The notes below the pieces were generated by a model. It was not told the origin of the DNA. It was given only the letters and a program-made list of their open reading frames with translations, and made no database searches. 64,000 nt of DNA from the human T2T-CHM13v2.0 reference genome, Homo sapiens. Both the position numbers and the translations under genes were made by a program. The stretch lies in assembly GCF_009914755.1 (NCBI RefSeq), contig NC_060932.1; one strand, written 5' to 3'. This document shows, one piece after another, positions 52,358-64,000 of the stretch; positions within the stretch are counted from its first letter, which is position 1, and the number at the start of each line of letters is the position of its first letter.

Positions 52358-53233
52358 TGCTGAGAGTGTATCTCAGCCTAACTAATGTCTACATTAATAT
52401 TTACCAAAGAACTGAATTGTCTAGTTGTTTATATTCTCATGAAAATAAGATGAGGTTTGTGGGTTAGCCTAGCAGTGAATGGAAATTTATTAGGCTTAAA
52501 AGCCAGGAAAGAATAGAGACAAATTGTAACCTCCAGTCTCTCCCTCAGGTTTCCACAATAGACATCAGTAATTAATAATGCCACTCAGAATCCTTCTTGA
52601 CACAGTGGTCTTGGCAACAATTGTTGAATGATCAGAGAGGGCAGGCCAGTTAGAACCTATTTGCCATCTTTATGTCAGTGTCTGATGTAAGTTAAGGTAA
52701 ACTGTAGCAAAGCTATTTGCTTTCTTTACTTCACTTTTACCAGAATTTTTAGAATGAATTGTGAGGGATACAAGTGGGAAAGAAGATGAGATAAAATAGT
52801 AATTTTCCTTCTTTTGTTAGGTAAACACCTTAGCCAGAAATTCATGTTTTTATTTGTAATATGATCTCACTCTCTACATACATCATTCTGGTTAGAATAT
52901 TGACTTGGAAAAGAAAGTACACAATTTGCTTTGCATCTCTGGGAAACTCTTCTAGCTACGATGATGAGCATCATAAGTACTAATTTCACCAAGAGTGGTG
53001 GTTCCAACAGTGAGTATCCTAAGGTGGTCATCAACCGCATGCAAGGATCACTCTTATGCTGAGAGTAGATTATTATTGCTAGAAAGGATAATGCTGAGAG
53101 TATATCTCAGCCTAACTAACGTCTATGTTAATATTTACCAGAAAACTTAATTATCTAGTTGTATATATTCCCATGAAAATAAGATGAGGTTTGAGGATGA
53201 ACCTAACAGTGAATGAAAATTTATTAGGTTTAA
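52358..53233. repeat. Dispersed direct repeat, 2 x 142 bp (52358-52499, 53092-53233), about 88% identical
   Basis: Ungapped hand alignment, 17 mismatches. Confidence 0.93.
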
Positions 53234-53500
53234 GGAAAGGATGTGCAAACTGATTGCAGCTTCCCTGCAATCCTTTACGGGACATCAGAATTCAGTTTAT
53301 GAAAGTTCTATGAAGTCTAGAGTTTTGATAATGGTATTTCAATGGTGTAATGTTCAATTACCTGCATGAAGGCAAGAGAATGAAAAATATTGGTTCATTC
53401 ATAAATGTCTAACTATATTTAGTATGGCTCTAAAGTATGTTTTTTAAAAAAAATTAACAGTGACTTAAAAGAGTATTAAAAAAAAAACAACACACATATG

Positions 53501-53847
53501 GGCCAGGTGCAGTGGCTCACACCTGTAATCCCAGCACTTTGGGAGACCGAGGCAGGCAGATCATTTGAGGTCAGGAGTTCAAGACCAGCCTGGCCAACAT
53601 GGTGAAACCCTGTCTCTACCAAAAATACAAAAAAAAAAAAAAAAAAAAAGAAAAAAGAACTTTAGCTGGGCATGGTGGCACATGCCTGTAATCTCAGCTA
53701 CTAGGAAAGCTGTGGCAGGAGAATTGCTTGAACCTTGAAGGCAGAGGCTGCAGTGAGCTGAGATCATGCCACTGCACTCCAGCCTGGATGATAAAGTGAG
53801 ACTCTGTCTCAAAAAACAAAACAAAACAATACAAAAAACAAAAAAAC
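53501..53847 (+). mobile_element. Alu (AluS-like) with expanded middle A-linker
   Basis: Dimeric Alu with a long poly(A) run at about 53628-53659 between the arms. Confidence 0.95.
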
Positions 53848-54769
53848 ACCCCATGCCCCCCACATTTAGCAGTACATATATATTTTGTCTTTTACTATTT
53901 GAGTATATGTGGTTCCAAATAATTTTTAAATTCACTGGAATTTTACTTAATTATAGCTGCAAATCTTAGTCAGTGTAATCCAAGAAAGTGAATTCACTAT
54001 AATAACTTATGTAATTACTTTTTCGTGAATTGTACAATTCCTAAATTGACATAGCTGATCTACCACCATAGTGTGCCACTTGAAAAGGTTCTGGGTTTAT
54101 TTTTGTTTTTGTGTTGTTTTATGGTGTGTATTTGTACCAGTGCATGCCAATGCATATGTTCATATATGTGCATTCTTTGTAGAGATAGGGTTGCAAATAG
54201 GGTCCATCGTTTTCAATAAAAATGATATTAGTATTTCCTTCTGTATTGATTAATAAACTGCTTGTGTATCCATAAGTCAACAACATAGAATAACCATACT
54301 CCAGGCTTCTCTAGAATTAAATTGGACCATCAGTTTCCTTTATTGTTTATCTTGGACTCCCAGAAATCAGCCTTTACTGATTTACATTTTGGAATTATAT
54401 CCCCTACCTATATGGATAAATGACACAAGATGTTGCCTGTGAAATCTCTTAGCCCATTTGCTTCAGTAGTGCTACAGGGCATATATCCAATTAGCAAATT
54501 CTGTGTCCCCTGTCTCCATTAGCAATTAATTTATTTTAAAATATATTTATATTGCATAAATAATACTTATTTCAAACAATAAAAGGAAACAAATTAGCCA
54601 AAAGAAAAATAAGCTAAACAGCACTAATCAATTCAAAATTCTCTTTGTCTTTTGCTACATCTCTCTGCCCCTGTCTTCTTGCCTCTCTTTCCATCTCTTT
54701 TGTTTCTCTGTAGGTCTCTGATTCTTTTCAATTGTTTGTCTGTCACAGTCACTTCATTCGTCTTAGGCC

Positions 54770-55104
<335 letters not shown>

Positions 55105-55114
55105 TGATAGTTAA

Positions 55115-55260
55115 CGCTTTGGAATCATACTGACAGGGTTTTGATTCTTGATTGTGTCTTGGAAAAAGTATTTAACCTCCCCAAGAATCTATTTTTGCAC
55201 TGGTAGAACGTGATTCTTATAGGTGTTATATACAGTACTTGGCATTTGAGAAATGTGAAC
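55115..55260 (+). mobile_element. MIR fragment
   Basis: gctttggaatcatactgacagggtt ... tgtgtcttggaaaaagtatttaacctc. Confidence 0.55.
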
Positions 55261-55346
55261 AGTTATTCTTAGGAACATATTTGTTTACGTATCTTTACAT
55301 TCCTGATTATTTACTTGTGATAAATTTCTGGGAAAAGAATTGCTTA

Positions 55347-55647
55347 GGCCAGGTGCAGTGGCTCATGCCTGTAATCCCAGCACTTTGGGAGGCCAAGAAT
55401 GGTGGATTGCCTGAGGTTAGGAGTTTGAGACCAGCCTGGCCAACGTGACAAAACCCTGTCTCTACCAAAAAATACAAAAATTAGCCGGGCATGGTGGTGC
55501 GCACCTGTAATCCCAGATATGCGGGAGGCTGAGACAGGAGAATCACTTGAGACCAAGAGGTGGTGGTTGTAGTGAGCCCAGATTGCGCCACTGCACTCCA
55601 GGCTGGGCAACAGAGCAAGACTCTGTCTCAAAAAAAAAAACAAAAAA
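55347..55647 (+). mobile_element. Alu (AluS-like)
   Basis: Dimeric Alu; TSD aaaa(g/c)aattgctta. Confidence 0.95.
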
Positions 55648-55689
55648 CAATTGCTTAGTTACACAGCATACATTTTTTGTTTTGTTTTG

Positions 55690-56072
55690 TTTTTCCTTTT
55701 ACTTTAGTTTATAGATAATAATTATACCTATTTATAGGATATAGAGCAATATTTTGATACACGTATATGATGTGTGGTGATCAAATCTGAGTAATTAGGA
55801 TATTTATTACCTCAAACATTTGTCATTTATTTGTGTTGAGAACGTTCAAAATCCTCTCTTCTAGCTTTCTGAACATATGGTCACTTATTGTTAACTATAT
55901 TTACCCTGCATTGCTATAGAAAGGTAGAATTGATTCCTCCCATCTACTGTAATTTTATATTCATTAACCAACCTCTCCCTTCCTCTTACCCTTCCCAGTG
56001 TTTAATAACCATAATTCACTCTCTACTTCAATGAGATCATGTTTCTTTAGCTCCCACATATGAGTGAGAACA
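55690..56072 (-). mobile_element. L1MA-like 3' end fragment
   Basis: attttgatacacgtata ... tgttgagaacgttcaaaatcctctcttctagct ... ctcccacatatgagtgagaaca. Confidence 0.88.
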
Positions 56073-56079
56073 GGCATGC

Positions 56080-56550
56080 ATTTTTTAACACTCATTGCCA
56101 AATTGCCTTCTGGATAGATAAGGCCTATTTACATAATACCATCAACATTGGAGAATGTCCACATCTGGGCCACCCTGTGGGTTGCCATTCTATTAAATCT
56201 TTTCTAATAAGAAATGAATGTATTTATTATTTTTAATTTGTATTTATTTAACTAATAGGTCAAACTTTATATTCTTTAATGAATTGTATGTTCACATACT
56301 TTGCACAATTTTTCATTGAGTTATTTGTCTTTTTCTTATTGATGTATTAGAATCTTTATATACTGAGAATACTAGCCCGTTGTTATATATGGTGTAAATA
56401 TTTTACCCAGTTTCTTTGTTGGTAACTTAATTTAGGGGATCTTTTCAGTGCAGGAATGTTTTAATTATTATGTATACAAATTATTAGTCTCGTGATTTTT
56501 GCCTTTTTAGATCTAAATGTTAGGAAATATTTTTTCTTTTCTTGAGAAAT
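56080..56550 (-). mobile_element. Ancient L1M (L1ME-like) fragment
   Basis: ttgccaaattgccttc; ttatttgtctttttcttattgatgtattagaatctttatatac. Confidence 0.6.
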
Positions 56551-59164
56551 GCATATTACTTTCCTCTTTTTGACTATTAGTTAAGTCTTCATTAACAAGT
56601 CTTCATTAAGTCTTCTATGGCATCAACCAGGACAAGATGCCATAGGTAATATAAAAGCGCGGCTAAACATTATTATTCTCAGTATATGTTACAAGATGGG
56701 CTACATGCATGCTTATTAAAAATTAAATCTAGTGCTTGTGACATTGTATGGATACTGTTTGAAAGGCTGAACATTCTATTAGTAACACCAACAATTACAG
56801 AAATTGCTCGATGAAAGCTTGTCAAAATATTACTTTGTGTTGAAATTGTCTGATCTTTTTCATTATTAGTTAGTTGTATTTGCCTTTTTAGTATCACAAC
56901 AGAGCCTTTGCGACTTCTTTGAGCAAGTATCATTTGTTGCCTTCTAGATAGTCTAGATCTTACAGTGTATGTGGTTAAGCTCAGCATTGCTATAATGATC
57001 TCATTTTTTGTATACTGATAATATGAGAGAGGTCATTCTCTTCTCTCTGTCACTGTGACCTCAAAATATCCTCACAGCCCTCACAACCCAGCCATTCTCT
57101 AATGTTATTTCCATCAACTTGCTTCGTAGGAGTTCCATGTTATTCTTTGGATTAAGTTAGAACACCAGAAGATGTGTCAAAGTCAAGTCCTTTTGAAGAA
57201 ATCATCAAAGAAGAATCTTACTTCTTTCGTGCAGATTCATTTAAGTACAGTTGTCTTAGTGCTTGTTGATGGCATTGTCTTTTCAAGGCCATCATGTAGG
57301 GACGTCGTCATGTCATTTTTATCTTTCATGTTTTTATTGGCTTGATGAACAGTATAGTCATCCAAGAGAAATTAATTGTTTTGTCCTTCAGTTAAATCAA
57401 ATGTTTATTTCACATGCTAGTGTAATTTATTTAGTATCTCTCCATTTCCTCCCAACTATTGAATAACTTCACTTTTAAAAAGGTAAACCACTTTCTTTTA
57501 GCCTTTGTTCAAGACACATTTTTTTTTAACTAGGTTAAATATCTGATTTCTAGAGCAAGAAACAGAGAGACCAGATTGAGGTTGGGATGGGTGGGTAGAG
57601 GCTCATACATTGTAAAAGGAACAATGTGATTTTTGTTGGCTGTTAATGAAATTTCTGATGTTAGATGCCTTATAATATATTTTGTCTAATTTTAGTTCAT
57701 TTTAGTTTAATACATGCATATACCATCTATTACCATTTTTTTTCAAATGGTCTAATTGCCAACTTTTCTCAATCATTTCGTCAAAGCTATCACAATTGCC
57801 CTCTTGTCAACTACAAGATTAGAATCTATGTTACTATAAATGTCTGTCTTTTCCCTTTTCCCAGTGTCTTACCTTTTTCTAGGCAGCAAAGGTCCAAATT
57901 TACGCTAAACTATAGCAACTATAAAGGTCCTTATTGCATGCATATTTCTGATTTTTTCTCTTTTTCATCCCATGATGTGTTTCCTTGCATCCTTTATTAA
58001 AAGAAGCAGGGTATAAATTGCCAAATTTTTAAAAAAGGTTATTGTGTCTATTATATATCCCCAAATTAATATCATATTTTCCTCTGCATTTACTTAATTG
58101 ATCACAGCTTGGCTTATTTTTCCAATAGCAGTGAAAGAATTTACCATGATATAGCCATATTTAATCAATACACACGCAGCCGACTCTTATCTCAGGAATT
58201 TGAATAGTTGTCAAGCAGGGGTTTCCAGGCAGTAATTTCTCTCTCCTGAAAACTTTATTAAGTGACACTAGACACAAGAGGCACGAGGTTGGGCACAAAT
58301 GATATGACATACACAACATGTCTGTTCTAACTGGGCTCGCAGTCTAAAGTGGAAGCCAGACAAAAAGAATTGCAATATAGTGTGACAAGAGCTATGATAG
58401 AGGTATACAAAATTACTATGGGATGGAAATGGCAGTGGCGCCCGAGAACACAGTTAGTAAATGTGCAGAAGTGAGAACATGGAGGTAAAAAGGGACTTGT
58501 GCCTAGTTGATTGAGGCTAGTAACACATTGTTTGAGAGGACCAGTCTCTAAAAATTTTGTAGCTCCACCACAAAAGATCTTCCATGCCCAGTGAGGGGCT
58601 TTATTCTGAGTGTGATGGTCAACCACTGGAGACTTTTAAGATGAAGTTGGGAGTGCTATTGTTAAACTCCAGGGCTCTTTGACTTGCCCATGGGCATGGA
58701 AGGTTTATGCCCAGGTCTGTTCCATTCTACTCTCATGGTCTCCCACACCCCAACCGCTCTCCCTTGGTTGCAAATGAGGAGGAAAGTGCAGAGAGAAAAG
58801 TGTTTTAAGTTCCTGTAAATAACTGAGAAGAGCTTGAGTTAGAACACAGTCCTCCTGATTTACAAAATAGGCACCATGCCTATGTCTCTTGCTCAGAATA
58901 GGCAGGGTAGGAGGAGCCCAGGAGAGAAGGAAGATTAAAGATGAGCGTGGGAGTAGAATGCTGAAGTGCACAATGAAGGGAGTCTTAGTGCGTAGCAAGA
59001 GGCTCCTCCACATACGGCAGCCCTGAGCCAGCAGGTGATGGTGGACCAGGGATGTCCCTAGTGGTCCTCAGAGGTCAGGTCCTTTTAGATTCTGAGCGCA
59101 GATACCTTCATTCATGAGGTTTATTATCATTGTTAAGGCACATAGTTTGTCTATAGAACACTGT

Positions 59165-59500
59165 TCGTTCATTTCCAGCAAATATATTGAGCTCTTAATA
59201 TGTGCCAGGAACTGTCTTAAGTCCTGAGGATACCAAGGAAGGAACACAGTCTCTTCATTCATGGGGCTCTGATAGAAGAAATGGGCATGAAAACAAGTAA
59301 ATGATGGCACAATATGGTAAGTGGAGAAACAGGTATGAAAAATGCTTTCTGGGAGCATAGAGGACAGAGAATGTTACTGAGCACTGGAAGGGACTCAAGT
59401 AAGACAACTTTCAATTGTAGCTCTGAAAGGTACATGAAAAATTACCAAGGAGGATAGGGAAGATACCTCAAAATAAAGAAACATGCGTAAATGCATAAGT
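59165..59500 (-). mobile_element. L2 3' end fragment
   Basis: ttcatttccagcaaatatattgagctcttaatatgtgccaggaactgtcttaagtcctgaggatac. Confidence 0.8.
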
Positions 59501-59587
59501 GATTTATAAACAATAAAAAAAGACAATGAGATTTTTACTGGGTCTTAATATCAAGCATAAGAACAGGTATTTTCCTCTCAGCCATGA

Positions 59588-59933
<346 letters not shown>

Positions 59934-61469
59934 ATAAGAGAGTTTTATTATTTTTATGACTCCTGAGCTTGAAAACAGAGTCTAGTGAGAGGTCTGTGGC
60001 ACCTTCATTGGTTGTTCCCTGTTAAACAACTGTTTTCCCCAGTCTTGAGGCATTCAGGCTTATATGTGAAATACATCTGGGAATGTATTTTGAAAATAAA
60101 TAGAAAAATCAGTTTTCAGTGATACAATACTGGTATGTGGATTAAATATTTTCCACAAAATAAAATCATTTCCAAAATGACTTCAAGAAAGATTTTCTTT
60201 ACATACATATTTACATTTTGAAAATAAAATGTCCAATTTTGGTGAAAAATGTAAAACTCACTGCTCAAACCTTAAACCTTAAAAATCATTATCCTTTTTG
60301 TTCATTTGATTTTATGCTTCCATAGATGTTATTCCTATATATTTCAGCCAAATTATATATTAGAAAGAAATGTTAAACTAGGTAACACATGATTTTATAA
60401 AGTAAAGGTGATAAAAAAAATCTATTCCCCCGTTTGCTATTTTACTTAATTTGCTCTTGGTCTTAATCATTACTCATTTTGGTTACCACTTACCTGGGTA
60501 GTTTATTAAGTGTAATTCCTCCCGGGTGGGATAGGCTGACTCTCAGCTTTTCACTCTCTTGGCATCAATAGCATAGTGATCTATGTTGTCATGCTAGTGA
60601 GGTCTTGGTGATGAACCATTAAACAAAATGATCTGCCCCCAGGCCAGGGAGTTGGTTGATTGCCAAACAGTAATCCAGTACAATTAACTATCAAAGATTT
60701 GAGCACTCCATTATTCTAGGAGATGGAACTGCAGCCATCTGGAAGAGCAGAAATGGTGATTGATCATCTGGCTAAGTTTATGTTTGGAAATACATTTAAA
60801 TGATTAGATTTATTATTATAACATTAGATATTTTAACCTTTAGTCATTTGAGTTTTAATTTTTTGAATTTTATTCAATTTCAAGATGGAAATAAAAAATA
60901 ACTTGTTTAATATTTACCAAGAGTAGAAATGTTTAATTTGTGATTTATACATCATATCCTTGGTGGAATGAAGTGGGATGTAAATAAATAAAATAAATAC
61001 TCTCCATGAGAGGGTTTGAAAATATCATACAGTATTAAGACAGGTAAATGATCTAAGTGATCAACTCTTTATTTTTTAAGACATGTTGCTTTAAGCTTAT
61101 GTTGTTATTTTTAGTTACAGAAACCATAGATATGGTCATTCAGTGCCTTTAAAATATTATTTTGGCAATTTAAGCAATCACCCAGTCCACTAATAAGAAT
61201 CTAAAGATCCCATAATTTTTTTAGGCTGTGTTCAAGAATACACATGAAGTTCATTAGATAAGAAAAAATTACATTCTCATGGTGATTATTTTTTATTATT
61301 TCTCCTAAGACCTTTTCTTGTTTTCCTTTGATTTCTAAGGATGTACCTACCATTCCACACAATAAATAGGTACATATACTTGGAGGTCAGTATCTTGGCA
61401 TCCCACCATCTCACTCCATGAAACAATATGGCATGTGGATTGCGGCCTTTGAGCAGACACAAATTGTTT

Positions 61470-61785
61470 TATTCATTCCTTTATTAATATGTCTTTACTA
61501 TTGAGCATCTACAATGTGCTAAGGACAAGTTTGGCACTGAAGATACAGGGTCGAACAGACAGACTTACTTGCTTTCATGGAGGTACAGTTTGAGAGTAGA
61601 GACAAATACTTAAAATCACAAAATCACATACAGTATCTGATTAAAATTATGATACGTCCTGTGAAAGAGGCATGCATTATGGAGCTGTGAAGGTGTGTAA
61701 TGGAAGAGTTTAATCTCCTACTCTGAGGAGATAGGGAAAGCTTTTCTGACTCACAAGAAGTGTGGGGAGTGAAAAGTTAGTCTGA
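61470..61785 (-). mobile_element. L2 3' end fragment
   Basis: attcattcc ... tattgagcatctacaatgtgctaaggacaagtttggcactgaagatacag ... gagatagggaaagcttttctga. Confidence 0.75.
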
Positions 61786-62068
61786 GGCCAGGTGGGGTGG
61801 CTCACACCTGTAATCCCAGTACTATGGGAGGCCAGGGCCAGAGGATCACATGAGTCCAGGAGTTCCAGACCAGCCTGGGCAACATAAGGAGATCTCTTCT
61901 CTACAAAAAAATTAAAAAATTAGCTGGGCATAGTGGCACATGCCTTCATCCCAGCTACTTGGGAAGCTGAAGTGGGAGAGTCTGCTCGAGCCAAAGCGAT
62001 TGAGGCTGCAGTGAGCAGTGATCAGGCGGCTGCACTCCAGCCTGGGCAACAGGGCAAGACCCTGCCTC

Positions 62069-62100
<32 letters not shown>
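61786..62100 (+). mobile_element. Alu (AluJ-like)
   Basis: Dimer with long poly(A); TSD aaaagttag(t/c)ctg. Confidence 0.95.
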
Positions 62101-62104
<4 letters not shown>

Positions 62105-64000
62105 TTAGCCTGGCTCTCTATTGAGAGCCAGTTAGTTACTAAACACATTTCTTAGGTGGGGTTCACGTCCACCAGACAGCTATAATGTGTGAGAGTCCAT
62201 CACAAGGGAAAAGTGTCCTGTATCCCAATTTCAGTTAACCCATTCTGCATTCAAATTAAGTGATTAAACTTGTTTATATTCATTAGACCTATAACCAAAC
62301 ACTGTTTTATACATAAAGTATTTTTTAACACAGTTTTGATATATGCTAAAATTTTCAGGAATGCAACTATCAGGTACATCAAGAGAAGATGCTGTTTTTG
62401 TTTGGTAGTTTAGTAAGAGTTAATTACCACTTTGAAAAATTATATCACCAATAGGTAGCCTCCTCATGAAATGTGAGTTGCCCATGCAATACACTTGAAA
62501 CTGTGTTTATTTATCCTTGTAAATTCATGGCAATGCTACATGTGGGTGCAAGCTTATGGCTGCTTCATTACATGTAGTGGCCATGCCTCAGCTTTTCCAA
62601 AGTGAAATAAACTTATATATTATATTTTACATTTCTTTTCTTTTACTTCTCCTTTATTACAGTTAGGTTATTATATTGATTTATATACATTCTATGTGTA
62701 AATAGATAATGTTATATATTATTTTACTTCAGTATAGTAAGGGAGGAATGTAAAAAGAGATCCTTGGACCTCATAGAGATGAAAACCATTTGTTAAACAA
62801 TACATGTGTTTTAAAATAGAAGGAAAAGTATTTAATAGTCAAGCTGAAAAATTATTTGATTTTCTAATCTTGGGATGTTTTACAGAGAAGACCTCTTGAT
62901 TTTCAAAATAAATGAGGTTTAGAAGCAAATGTCTCCACTTTGACTGCTTTCTGGCCTGATGTTTAGGGCAATCTCTTTGCCTCTGTACATAGAGAAATGC
63001 AGAAGGAAGCATGTTACAATAGGATCACTTGAGAATACTTGCATTGGGTTGTCTTGTTTGGGCTGCTTAGTACTACTATCACTGGGTTGAATACTCTAAA
63101 AATTGAAAGGTCATTTGGAGAAAAATTACTAACAAATAAAATCAAGATTTTTAGAATGCTTTCTTGGAGTGGGTCTACTCCTCTGGAGGACAGCCAGTAG
63201 TTCAATGAAGACAGATTGAGTTGCTTTACAAGAGAGTGTTTTGTTCTAATAGATACCATCATGAATGAGTAAGACACCATCCCCACTAGTGCTACAAAGA
63301 AAGTATGACTAGTTTCTGGTCCAGGACACCCAATTATATTCTAGGGATTTATAGATATAGCCTCTTGGAGATTATAGGAAGTATGAAGTCAGGAGAAAAG
63401 AAAAAGGTATAGAGTACAGTAATTATTTCTCTATTAGGCATAAGAACTTCTAGCAACAACATAAATAGTGAAGAATACATGTAATAGTACAGGAAGTCAG
63501 ATTTATAAAAAGAAGTTAATATCTCCCTGACATTCATATTGACTTTTAGTGAAAATCAAATGAGATAGTATGTGAACAATATTTTGTAAGTTCTAAGTTT
63601 AAAGTGATTGTTTTCTGCAATATTTAAAAATGTATAATACTAGAATTAGGATATGCTAGTAGGAATTCATCATGTGAAAGCCAGGAAATCTGAAATATGC
63701 CATAAAAGCAAATGAATATGTTTTCCTAAAGTGTGCTACCCCAAATTTTTTAAAATTACCAATTATTACACTACTCGTCACAGTTCAAATAAATATACAC
63801 AGAGCTAATTTATGTTTACAACTCCTGAGTTCATCTTTGTGTTATCTTTTCCTAGAGAAAAGATACAGTCAATCTTATAGATGCCAATCTGTAGTCATCT
63901 TTTATACTATGCCTAAAACATATTGTAATCATCGTATTGACTCTCTCAATAGGTAACAGTTTTAGGTCTTCCAGTTCTCCAATAGAATTAAAGCAATTGC

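Noticed and set aside
59027-59067. CTCF-like motifs gccagcaggtgatg and gtccctagtggtcc
   Set aside because: Both miss the conserved GGC core positions.
60488-60497. ACTTACCTGG: U1 snRNA 5' end or antisense donor (similar site at 3925-3933)
   Set aside because: No further U1 similarity and no matching antisense exon structure found.

Overview
Primate, most likely human, genomic DNA from the 5' part of ZFHX4 (zinc finger homeobox 4) on the + strand. The window holds the end of the upstream intron (1-5188), a giant first coding exon (5189-7824, ATG at 5235), a short intron (7825-8691), a second coding exon (8692-9194, with an in-frame alternative acceptor at 8770), and then about 55 kb of a long intron with no further coding exon I could recognise. 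The intron carries 15 Alus, L1/L2/MIR fragments, microsatellites and several local duplications. Most other ORFs in the track are noise, Alu-derived or antisense shadows. There is no prokaryotic system or CRISPR array. The most interesting signals are candidate RNA-processing elements: three uAUGs, a poison donor, intron read-through with a poly(A) signal, and a recursive splice site or terminal exon at 28613/28614. There is also an unexplained 58-bp hairpin at 18097. All repeat boundaries and motif calls were read by eye and are approximate.
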